DNA of 64,000 bases. It comes from Vicugna vicugna (Eukaryota). Shown piece after piece: positions 49,050 to 60,500 of the stretch (positions are counted from its first letter, which is position 1; each line of letters begins with the position of its first letter). The translations under genes were made by a program, and so were the position numbers. The DNA is taken from the NCBI GenBank assembly GCA_013265495.1, contig MU058714.1:558001-622000 (forward strand), written 5' to 3'. Under the pieces are notes generated by a model. That model did not search any database, was not told where the DNA came from, and saw only the letters and a list, made by a program, of their open reading frames with translations.

Positions 49050-49490
49050 AACCAACAGATCCAGCAAATGCATGTGCCCATGTGTTCACAGCAGCGGGAT
49101 TCACAACAGCCAAAAGTGGGAACAACCCAGCATCCCTCGGCAGATGAGTGGATAAACAGCATGGTCCGTCCACACAGTGGGCTCTAACTCTGTCCTCGTG
49201 CTATGTGAAAGCAGCCAGACCTCCACGGTCGCGTGTGTGTGAGCCTTTTGATATGAAATGTCCCGAGTAGGCAAGTCCATAGAGACAGAAAGCAGTGGTT
49301 GCCGGGAAGGAGGAGAGGCGCTGCTCGATGGTCACAGGGTTTTCTTTTGGGGTGACAGAAATGTTTTGGAACTAGACAGAGGAGATGGTTGCACAGGACT
49401 GTGAATGTGCTAAATGGGACTGAATTGTTCACTGTAAGATGGTTTTATGTTACATGAATTGTACCTCAATTCACAAACGTTTTTTAAAAA
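49050..49490 (+). mobile_element. L1MB-like LINE-1 3' UTR fragment; antisense relatives at about 33690-34040 and 61300-62560
   Basis: gttcacagcagc..attcacaacagccaaaagtggg, aatgttttggaactaga, gatggttgcaca..actgtgaatgtgctaaatg. Confidence 0.65.
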
Positions 49491-51940
49491 TGGATCTGAT
49501 GTCACTGGGTTAAGTTTGAGATGCCGGTATCCAAGGGGAGTTGACAGGCAGGCAGTTGTGTGTTTGAATGTGAAAAGCCACAGGGAATGGCCAGTCTTCC
49601 ACACGCCTGTGGAAATCGCTGCTTCCCAGCCTCCCCTGGCCACTCCCCACATGGGGGTTGTCCTGAAGACGTCGTGGTAACTAAGGGTTTTGCCCTCAGA
49701 AAGCTCACAGTCCTCAGAGGGCTGGGGCTTCCTCAGCTCTGTTCCTATGACTCTCGGTATTTCTGTTCTTAGCAGAGGCTTAGCAAGGCTCTGGCTGCCT
49801 TCAGTACACTCGTCTGGCCGCTCCTTTTACCTGGAATGACAGTGTTTTGGATTTTTTAGTAACTATCTAGAAACTTCCATGTGTCAGACACGGGGAGAAA
49901 AGCTTTCCCGCCATGAGGTGCCACCGTTAGCCCCACTCGAGATGTAAGAAAGCTGAGGCTTAGGAGTGTGAATGAGCCGCTGCAGAGGGTTGCTGGTGTG
50001 CAGCTGGCTGGGCCTCAGCACCAGAGCTTGAGTCTGGTCGGAGCCGAGCTCAGGCCTGCGCTCTCACCTGCTCTGCAGGGCAGCTGCAGCCCAGCCCCCG
50101 CCACTCCCAGGAGGGGAGGCCTGGGTGCTGGTTGCTGCTCCTCCATCAGTTAGCTGTGTGACCTTGGAAATTGACCTTTGTCTGGCTGGTAAGCCTTAAG
50201 GCCCTTCCCACTCAGACCGTGGGGGAGTGCCCCTTCTTTCCTGACCACTATCTGCATCAGTGGGAGCCAGTGTTTGTTCATTCACCTAACCGGTATGCGT
50301 GGAGTTTCACTGTTCTCTGGGTGGGGACAAAACAGACAACAAGAAAGGCAAGAATTCTTGTCCTCCGGAGGTTTCAGGCTTGTCATGGGGAGGCAGGCAA
50401 GAAAGTGATACATAATTAGACTATATAATATGTCAGGGAGCAATGAGTCCAACAGAAAAAAATAAAACAGGGAAAGGGGGAGGGGGAGCCAAGGTGGGAG
50501 TGCTACAATTTTTAAATAGAAAGGCTGGAAAGGCCTCTCTGGGAAGGTGGCCCTTGAGTGATGTCCTGAAGGAGGCAAAGGAAAGAGTATTGCAGGCAGA
50601 GGGAATGGCAAGTGCAAAGGCCCTGGGACTGGCGTGTGCCTGGAGCATTCAAGGACTAGCAAGGAGGCCCCAGGTGTGGAGCAGATGAATGCAGATGAGG
50701 TCAGCTTGTGCTAGAGAAGGAAGACCATGTGTGTGGAGCGCTTGAGGACTTGAGGACTTGTAGAGCAAAGGGAGTGACACGATCTGACTCATCCTTTAGC
50801 AGGATGGCTCCGCCTGCTGCGTTGAGATCCCGCTGTGGGGGCATGGAGAAGGCAGCTAGGAGGTCATTGCAGAAGTCCGCATAGGTACATCACAGCAATG
50901 CAAGTGATGAGGGCGGTCAGATTCTGGGTACATCTCAAAGTGGAAGAACCAAGACTCTCGCCTGAATCTAAGTAGTAATTATGGAATGTTGATTTTAGAT
51001 GAATATATTGGGATTATTTAGCAACTTCACAGAACTGCTCATGAAAACCAAAGAACTGCAGAATTTATCCTAAACTTCCTAGGATTTTTCTGAACTATTT
51101 ATGATGAACTGGGCTGACTGTTTACATAGAAGAGAAGATTCCAGCAGCTTCAAGATTTTCCACCATCATGTCAATTACCGCCTTCTGTGGGTTGACCAGA
51201 TGCACGGATGGTTCCTAAAGGTTCCTGTGGCCCTCATGAGGGCAGAGCAGACCCTTCACAGCCCGCGCTCCCTGCTGTGGGGCTGTACTGGAGCTTCAGG
51301 GACGAGGGTGAGGCACTGCTCCGGGGGCAGGCCCAGATGGACGTGCCTGTCAAACCTGCTCGTCTGCTGCTGCTCAGCCGCGACTGTGGCTGGCCAGCCG
51401 TCGCTTCTCGAGGACGAGGGAGGCGAGTGCACGGAGCCTGTCCCGAGGAGAGCAGGTCAGCACACCTGGGGATGGTGGGCAGGCCAGGAGTGGGGGCCGA
51501 GAGCTGTCCACAGGGGAGTGAGGGGCCCTTCCTCTGCATAAGGTGTGGAGATGGTACCTGGCTTGGGGGTGGGACGGAGGAAACAGCTCTTCCCGTTTTG
51601 CTCAGTTAAGTGACTTTGACACTCTTTGGCTGCTGTGTACCCCCGTGAGACAGTGCGGCCCTGCTAGACAGAAGGAATGCCCTCTTTCATACTCTTATCT
51701 CTGCATCGCTGCCCTAGGGTGAAAGAACAAGAAGGAGGGTTTCTAAGTTCTGGTGTAACGTGAGTACGACCAGCGGCCTCCTGTGGGTGGTGAGGGCACA
51801 GCCAGGCGTGACGATGGCACTGTGGGATGGGATTGCAGCTGAGGGTGCGGGGCGCACCTCTGCTGTGCTGGGGGACCCCGCCCCGTGTTTGTGGATCATC
51901 AGTCCCCTTCTCTAACTCATTCTTTCCTGTTCTGGAGTCC

Positions 51941-52003
51941 TGCGTGTGCCTGTGCCTGCGTGTGCGTGTGTGTGCGTGTGTACGTGTGTCTGTGCGTACA
52001 CGC
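51941..52003. repeat. Imperfect (TG/CG)n microsatellite
   Basis: tgcgtgtgcctgtgcctgcgtgtgcgtgtgtgtgcgtgtgtacgtgtg... Confidence 0.8.
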
Positions 52004-52221
52004 ACTGGCCCCTTTTCCCCGACTTCTCAGGCAGGAGAATATCTACCCTCAGGATGTGAGAAGACTGTTGATGTGGGGAGGGGTCATGTAGGAGGACCCA
52101 CATCTTGGATGCTCAGGACCCTTTGATCTCAGGCTCTCTAGAACTGCTGTAGATTTAGAAGACGTTTATAGTTTAAAACATCCTGAGCCATCTCTCGGCT
52201 AAATTTTCTTTACTGTTAGGA

Positions 52222-52381
52222 TTTTTTTTAATTTTTAATTTTTATTATTTTTATGTTTTGTGGGGTTTTTTTTGGGGGGGTAGATAATTAAGTTTATTTA
52301 TTTAATGGAGGTACTGGGGATTGAACCCAGAACCTCATGCATGCTAAGCACACACTCTACCACTGAGCTATACCCTCCCCC
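52222..52381 (-). mobile_element. tRNA-Ala-derived SINE (camelid Vic-1-like)
   Basis: Minus strand ggggagggtatagctcagtggtagagtgtgtgcttagcatgcatgaggttctgggttcaatccccagtacctcca followed by an A-rich tail with a C-run. Confidence 0.85.
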
Positions 52382-54194
52382 CAAGCCCCTATTTAAATGG
52401 GGGCTGAGTTGCAAGGAAATGCCTATATTTTAAATTGCCATTGGGGTCTGTTGTAAGCTGCCCAGCTGCATGAAGGATGGACTAGCATGGCATCTACTCG
52501 GCTTCGCCCACGTATAGCCAAACCCTGTGTGGCTGACGACTCCCAGGAATCCCAACCCTGAGTTGGCTGGGGTTTAGAGTCCTGGAGAGACCTGTCTTCA
52601 GCTGCCCCCGTGAGGCAGCTCATCGCCTGAGCTGGCCTTGATTTTCTGAGGTCACTTTGATGGGAGTGGGAGTCTGTGAAAAGCTGAGTGCCCTGAGGCC
52701 TTCCTTGGAAGTTCTGTACACTCCGGGCAAGCAGGGGTGGGGCTGGCAGTCAGACTGGAAGACACTCCCAGGGCAGACTGGCACCGCCGGGACCCAGCCC
52801 AGGGGAGCACCTCTGGGGCTGTGTCCTGCCAGTCCTGGCCATCAGGGCATCCGTGGAGACCTGGGCGTCTGGAGCTCCCAGAGCGTGAGTTGCAGGCTGG
52901 AGATGCAGCCACCACCTCCACCACGACCTGTGGCGACCATGTCCTGTGACACCAGGCAGCGTGCCAGAGAGTAATGTGCTAAAAACAGAAGTTAATACTC
53001 CGTGAGCCTGAGTTTTTGGGTCACTGTCTCCTGGGAGCCAAGTTCAGGGCCAGTGTAATTATTTCCCATCTGCTTTCGAGCCTACAGGTTTGCGTTCGAT
53101 GCGTGTTAGAGGGGATGTTTTATGAGGAATTTGTGGGGAAGTGCTGGGTTTTACAGAGATGCTCCACTCTTCTTTATTAAATGGAAGGTTAAGAAATCCA
53201 GTCCTGGGAACAAGAAACTGTTCTATTCCCCACTGACGCAGGACTGGTCCAACCGAGTCTTCTTCCCTCTGCCTTTTCCAGAATTGTCCCCACTTCAGCC
53301 AGTGCCCGTCATGCTGGTCTGCTCCCGCCCTCTCTGTGCCCTGCACAGAGTGGGCTGGCTCTTCCCGGGAGGCCTGAGGGGACAGCAAGAGAGGGGATGC
53401 CTCTGGTGGTGTCCCCACTGCAGCATGAGGTGGTCATGTGAGAAAGCACGAGGGGAGCCCCCAGATGCCTCCGAGCATGTGGAGAGGCATTCCTTGGGGG
53501 GTCACGGGGTCGGCCAAGGGGAACAGGAGGCTGGAATGAGCAGGTGTTAGGGGTGGAACGGAGGAGGTCAGCAGGGAACGCACAGCATCCCGAGGGCAGA
53601 AGCACTCGGCTCCTCTCGAGGCCTCTCAGGCAGAGGACGGGAGCTTGGCTGGGGGCACTGGATGGTCAGCTGCCTGCAGGCCCGGCCTCCTTGGCCAGGC
53701 ACCAGGACTGGGCACCTGAGATCCTATTGACCCCACACCCAGTTTCCGAAAGGACCTGGGCAGGACTTGGGAAAACAAAGACCGTGGCCTTCGCCTGTAG
53801 GACTGGATGGGGCTCGGAAGGAATGGTCTGGAGTTGATCCTCTGTTCTGGGTCCTTGGGTGATTGACCAGTTAGAATCCTCTGCTCTGGATATTCAGAGG
53901 TTGAGCCATTTCTCTGTGGTCACAGGGTGGGTCTATCTGGACTCCAGCCCTTTCCTGACCCCCAGGCCACCAGCCTGGCAGCCATGGAGAAGGCGGGTCC
54001 CATTTGGCCCGCCACTTCTGGACAAGTCCACCCACCGCAGGCGCCAGGGAGTGAATGCTTGTATCTTCAGGGCTAGTTAAAAGAAAATACACAGAAGGGC
54101 AGTGGTCATCGCAAAAGAATCACTTGGAATTTAGGCATAAATTAGGTAGCTACTGGGGGCCTGGAGACCCCTTGAGCATGCAAACAGAGCCAGC

Positions 54195-54335
54195 TTCGTG
54201 GGTGGAACCTGTCCCCAGGGCCCCACGCTTGGTTTGAAGCTCTGCTGTCACCGTCTGGAAATTCTGGGTGTTTTTTAAACAAGGGGCCCGTATTTTCATT
54301 TTGTACGGCTCTGTGGACTGTGCAGCTGGTCCTGA
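54195..54335. mobile_element. MER91-like DNA transposon
   Basis: gggccccacgcttggttt..gctctgctgtcaccgtc..gaaattct...aacaaggggccc..attttcattttg. Confidence 0.6.
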
Positions 54336-54504
54336 GGCAGTGGGGGGAGGCCATCCTGACTTGGAGGGCCACAGCCTGTGGCACAGAGTTCTACTGGGTG
54401 GAGACCCCAGAAGCTCAAGAGACTTCTGTTCAAGTGTATGGCTGACAACTGGGACGTGGATGGGCCCTCCAGGACTTGGGCTAGTTTCCAAATCCCCTTT
54501 GTCC

Positions 54505-55127
54505 CTGTGTATTCGTTTCCCAGGACCACCATAGCAAATTACCACATTGCATGGCTTAAAACAACAGAAATTGGGGGAGGGAGGGTATAGCTCAGTGGTA
54601 GAGTGCGTGCTTAGCATGTATGGGGTCCTGGGTTCAATCCCCAGTACCTCCATTTTTTAAAAAGCCCTAGTAAAAAATAAATAGACTTAATGACCCCCCC
54701 AAAAAATAAATAAAATAGGCTTTCTACATGAAAAAAAATTTTATTTGCTCACAGTTCTGGGGTTCAGAGGCAAGAAATCCAAAATCCAGGTGTCAGCAGG
54801 TCCAGGCTCCCTCTGAAAGTCCAGGGGAGAGTCTGTTCCATGCCCTTCTCTCAGCCTCGGGGGTTGTTGGCCATCCCTGGTGTCCCTCGGCTTCCACAAG
54901 CCTCGCTCCAGTCTCCGCCTTGGGGGTCCCGGGGCTTCTCCCTGTGTGTCTGTCTCTGGGCCTCTTCTCTTACAGGATCACCAGTCATATGGGATTCAGA
55001 GCCCACCCTAACAACCTCTTAACTTGATTACATCCGCAGTGATCCTGTTCCCAAATAAAGTCACAGTCGCAGGTGCTGGGAGCGAGGACTTCAGCATGCC
55101 TTTGGAGGGAACACAGTTCAACCCATA
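54505..55127 (+). mobile_element. MLT1-type LTR; related copies at about 33370-33660 and 57940-58600
   Basis: aaattaccaca..tggcttaaaacaacagaaat, tcacagttctgg, ctccctctgaa, cttgattacatc.gca, ttcccaaataaagtcaca, cacagttcaacccataa. Confidence 0.7.
54573..54720 (+). mobile_element. tRNA-Ala-derived SINE (Vic-1-like) nested in an MLT1 LTR
   Basis: Same head and tail as the other two copies; interrupts the MLT1 motif aaaacaacagaaatt|tattt..tcacagttctgg. Confidence 0.85.
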
Positions 55128-57592
55128 AAACCCTGATTTATGAGCCCCCATCGACTGTTCCCCTGAAGAAACCAGGAATGGGCCACTTAAGGACAAAGCT
55201 CCTGCTCGCAGCCCCTCCGTCTCCTCCCTCACCCAGTGAGGCCTTTCCCACCCACACCCCTACCACCAGGCGCCTCGCTCTGGGTGCAGGACTTAGGAGA
55301 AGGGTGTTCGTGGGGGCTGGCCCCGTGAAGACCAGGACACAAGGGGTAACTACTACTCCTGCCCATTCTCCTTTGTGTTCTAGGGTTCAAAGCCCAGCTT
55401 CCTTCTAGAAACCTGCTTTCAAACCCTGAGGAAGTTTTTATAGTTACTGACCAACTGTAGGAGCCAAAGATCTGTTGAATTATTTCCTGGATCAGAGTCT
55501 GCTTTTTTTTTTCTCCTCTGTATTAGTCTTTGGTGCCTGAACTTTGAGTTTGGTGCAAGTCACGGGGCTTGAAACAGATATGAGTTCGTCTTAGCACTGG
55601 TTCTCCCCGCCCTGCCCAGCGGCTGGCAGCACACCTGGCCTCGAGGGGGACTCGGATCCCACCCACTGCGAGGAGTTCCTGCACAGGCGCACGTGAGCAG
55701 CCTCGGTGAGTACTGGCTGGAGACCAGGCCCCTGGTGTGGGTTGTCGGGGGGCTGTCCATGGGGACAGGACCCTCTGTGACCATCTTCTATTTCTCTCAG
55801 TTTACAAGGGTTGATTTGCTCTGATTCTCAAGCGTTTTTAGCACACAGACCCCTTCCAGAGGTATTCGACTCTGGCCGGTCCATCCTGTCATTCCAAGGG
55901 AAGAGAACCCGATCCCAGGACTTCATGGGCCTGACAGGCTCCCACCTGTGCCCAAGTGGGTGCACAGGGACAGTCACTGGGGCACCGAGAGTGCTGGAGA
56001 AAAGGTAGCGACGGCCTGTGCACAGGTGCATCGGCTGTGGTTTATTCGGATAGCTGAATCCAGTACCCAGGTGAAAATGTATCAGGCGGCATGTACCCAT
56101 CTGCTAAACGTCAGAAACAGGCTGGGCGTGGAGCCCCGCCCCTAGCGGTTCATGAACCACACAGAGACAGGTGCCCACGCTGTTCACAGACACACTGAAT
56201 GCAGGACGCGGCCCAGCGGTTCCCTGGGGGGTGGGGGAGGGCAGGGCCTGGAGACAACGGCCTGGGCTGTGTCAGCTGAGCCCTTCCTTAGAAGGGAGGC
56301 CCAAGTGCTCGGTGTTAAGACAGGTTGCGTCTGTGTGGCAGGGACCAGGATGTTTTACATCATCTGCAGGGGTTTTTTTTGATATTCTTGAAGCAGGCTG
56401 CGGTTTAAAGCATCTTAGGATTATTTAGATGGATCAGTGGGCTGATGACCTTGTGCTGGGGCTGGAGGGAAGAGGGGGGCTCAGGTGGGAACACAGCTGC
56501 AGGGGCGCTCGTGGCTGGCAGACTGGGCAGGGGCCCTCTGAGCCCCTCCCAACAGAAGGTCCTGGGTCCTAGACCAGCGATGGTGCCCCCCGCCTACGCC
56601 CCCTCCCTGGGCAGCTGCTGTCCCGGAGCTCTGAGCATGGCTGCTTCACCAGTTCCGTCCCAGGAGGGCCGGGGCTTGTGAATGCGGCCCTCCAGGTAGG
56701 GAGGCGGCCCCTCAGAGACCTGGCCGCCGCCATCAGACCCACACATCCCGCGAGCCAAGGGGCCAGGCCTTTACCACTCACTCAAAAGAGCCATTCCGTT
56801 GAGTCCCACGGTGTTCTGCAATACGCTTTACAAAGCACACTCCCTGGTGTCTCCGGATGAGTGTCCTGGGGCTGCTGGAAGATGACAGGTGTCCCCCACA
56901 GCAGGTAGAGCCGGTGTGCTTTCCGTGCCAGGACCCCTCCCCCAGCCCGCTTCCCACCACAGTGTCCCGCCCCCGCGCTGCCGGGTGGACCGTGGGCACC
57001 ACCTCTGGTGGCTGGGTGGCGCGATCGGCCATCTAAACCCTCGAGGTTTCTCTAAGCAGTTTCTCATCATCACCTCCTTTCAACACTAACACCTTTTCCT
57101 CTCATGAAATATTAATATCACAGGTGTGCTGTGTGCCTGGTTATGCACATTTGTGCTTTATATGTTAAAGAGTAAGAATTTTTGCTCAAGAACCAGTTTT
57201 TGGCCCCTTGGGAGCTCTGTCATTCCTGTGAAGAATGAGTATTCTGGAGCCATCTGGTTTTTAGTATCTCCTCATTCGGTGAATCAATTCCCCAGGCTGG
57301 AGGGCAACTTTCTGGGTTTTAAAGGCACATTCCCGTCTCCTGGATCCGAAAGAAACCCAGTTCTCCTTGCTGTGCCCCAGGTAGAGGAAAGGACTTGGCA
57401 GCAGTAAGGATGAAGAGTGTCCTCCCGCAGGTCACAGGACACCAGGGCAGAGTGGGTGCTGTGTCCTCTCCGAATGGGTCATTTCCCCCCTACCAGTGGC
57501 GTGGGGAAGAGGGTTTTGGGTGGAGAGGCCTCCCGGACAGGAAGCCGCGTCCCTGACCCCAGCCCTTCGCGTCCAGGTGCTCAGGCCCCGTC

Positions 57593-60500
57593 ATGGCGGA
57601 GCTGTGCCGCACGGACTCCTCGCTGGCGGCCCTGGACGAGGAGGTGCTGTGGGAGATGCTGGAGGACCACCGCTGCAGGATTGTGTGCAGCATCTTCCCC
57701 AGCCGCCTTACCCCCTACCTGCGCCAGGCGAAGGTGCTGGGCCAGCTGGACGAGGAGGAGGTGCTGCATGGCCCCAGGTTCACCAACACGGCCATGAGAG
57801 TCGGTGAGGCCCGGGGCCGGCGTGTCCCACAGAGCCAGGTCCTTGCAGGTTGTGCCGGGAAGGCTGGTGTGGGGGTGGGAGTGGGCGGGACTCTAAGGAG
57901 CAACACCAAGAGGGTGTGAGGTCCCCACTTGAGGACACTGTGTTAGTGTCTCAGAGCTGCCGTCCACAAACTGGGTGACTTAAAACAGCAGAAATACCTT
58001 TTCTCACAGTTTGGAGGCCAAAAGTCTGAAATGAAGGTGTCAGCTGGGCCGAGCTCCCTCTGAAGGCTCCGGGGGAGAAAACTCCTGCCTCCTCCAGCTG
58101 GTGGCGGCCCCAGCGTCCTTGGCTCATGGCGGCATCACTGCAGTCTCTGCCTCTGTCGTCGTGCGGCTTCTCTGTGTCTTCTTTTTTTTTTTTTTTTTTT
58201 TACTTTTTTATTTTTTCATAATTTTTTTATTGTGTTTTTTCAAATTCCAGTGTTCAGTTTTTTTTTTTTCTTCTNNNNNNNNNNNNNNNNNNNNNNNNNN
58301 NNNNNNNNNNNNNNNNNNNNNNNNNNNNNNNNTTTTTTTTTTTTTTTTTTTTTTACATTTTTATTGATTCATAATCATTTTACAGTGTTGTGTCAAATTC
58401 CAGTGTTCAGTATTCTCTGTGTCTTCTGCCTCTAATGAGGATGCTTGTCTTGGATTTAGGGCCCACCTGGATAGCGCAGGATGATCTCATCTTGAGGTCT
58501 TTACCTTAATTATGTCTGCAAAGGACCTGTTTTCCAAATAAGGTTCCGCTGGCAGATTCCAAGTGGACATAACTTTGGGGTCCACAACTCCACCCACCCC
58601 GGGTGTCTCTGGAGCTGATTCTGTCTGACTAACTGCATTTATTCATCCCAGAACAGGGGAGCTAACAGTGCCATCATATGAGGTTGTTTGCTAGGAGAAC
58701 TGAATGAGTTACTGCTGATCAGATACTCATTCTCAGGGCCTGGGCCACAGAAAGCAGGCAGTGAGTGGTAGCTGTCAGCCTGATGCTGTTTGTGCCTGTG
58801 GCCTCACGACCATCAAATACAGAAGAAATGAATTCAAGCTACTAATTCGAGCTAGAGTGATGGGATCTGGGTGGGCGTGGCAGGCGCCCAGCCTCTTGGG
58901 GACCCGGGCCCTGGGCCACTGATACTTGCTTCTTTCCTCCCACCTGCTCCATACGCACATATGTCTGCACAGGTTCACCACCACAGCTGGGAGGTCTGAG
59001 CTCAGAGGTCTGCCTCCTGAGTCTTTTATCCCCAGTTCTTAGCACTTGGGTTGTACCAGTTCCTCAGTAAATATCAGCCTGGCCCTTCTGCAGACTGACT
59101 GCCATGGCGGGAGGACAAGGAGCCTACCAGGGCTGCGAGGGCCCCACCCTGGGGACCCTGGACAGCTGCTTTCGCCTCCTGACTGCTAGATGTGCAAAGA
59201 TGCGCCTCCCCACAGCCTGCTCCCCTCCCGCGGAGCCCGCCCAGCACCGATTAGCTAAGGCCGTTCTCTCCCAAGGACATTTGCTGGATTTGCTGAAGAC
59301 GCGAGGGAAGAACGGGGCACTCGCCCTCCTGGAGAGCCTGAAGTTCCACAACCCTGACGTCTACACGCTGGTCACGGGGCTGCGGCCCGCCGTGGACTTC
59401 AGCAGCTTCAGTGGTGAGAGCTGGGTCTTTGATGTAACCTGGAGGGGGGCAAGGGGAGTCCTGGGGGGCTTGCCTCGCCCACAAGCTGTTCCAGACGTTT
59501 CCCTGCTCCCTCCAGGCAAAGGTTCCTGTCCCTGTGCCCCTTGCTCTCTGGGGGTGAGGAGACCCCCCACCACTAAGCATAGAGGGGTGGGTAGGAGGAG
59601 CCCATGACCTTGGGTTTTAAAAGGAAAGATCTGGGGGAAAGGGCATAGCTCCGTGGTAGAGTGCTTGCTTAGCATGCACGAGATCCTGGGTTTGATCCCC
59701 AGTACCTCCTTTAAATAAAAACGGTAAGTAAAACTAATTACTTACCCCCCCAAAAAAGCAAACCAAAAAAAGAAAGAAAAGGTTTGTCCCTCATTACCCA
59801 GCACCAAGAGATGACCCCTCGGGGCGCGGAATCTGCACTTGAGAGGTGCAGGCAGGGGACGGGTGTCCTTCCCTAGAAAGCCTTTGCTTGCAGCTGCTCT
59901 GGGCCTGAGGTGGAGGGGACCCCGGCCCCGCCCAGCTCCTGCTCCTGGGAGAGGAGCCTGCAGCCTCCTGTGTGTCCGCTCAGCCCGCTGGGTGAAGGCT
60001 CCCAGCGGCTGGGTGGGAGAGGAGCCTTTTCATTCACTGAGTGGTTTCAGGCCGCCCTGGAGGAGCTGCGGCGGGAGCAGGCCGGCTGGCTCACAGCTGT
60101 GGCTGAGAGAGCGAGTCTGCCTGTTCCGCATCACAGCCATATTGACGGGACTCAGGGTCCGTTATACAGATCCACATTCTTCGTTATGTTTTCCTTAGGG
60201 TGACCTGAGAATGAACCTCTCGGCTGAGGGGGTCGGAGGAGCTGTGTCTGAACAGCAGGGCCCCACGGGAGGCTGAGAGTGGGTAGTCCTTGTACCAAAA
60301 TCGCCTGCCGTGTTGTTTATTTAACCAAAACATCGAGTCCTGCTGAGCCTGAAAGCTCTTAAGGCGACCAGCAGATTGAGGGGCATCCTGCTTGAGAGTC
60401 TGGGTGCAGGAAGCCAGACCCTGGAGCACAAGGAGCCCCCGAGCCCACCTGTCCCCTCCCGCAGGGCTCATGGAGACGTCCAAGCTGACCGAGTGCCTGG

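Noticed and set aside
55621..55711. CARD14 non-coding upstream exon (ccctgcccAG ... TCG|GTGAGT)
   Set aside because: Splice signals are plausible but cannot be supported without transcript data
58183..58274. Tandem duplication of the L1 tail on both sides of the gap
   Set aside because: The left copy is a T-smeared version of the right copy following a homopolymer, typical of low-quality reads at a gap edge
52306..59710. Three bona fide tRNA-Ala genes
   Set aside because: All share a SINE-type A-rich tail with a C-run, carry stem mismatches, and one interrupts an LTR. Called as SINEs.
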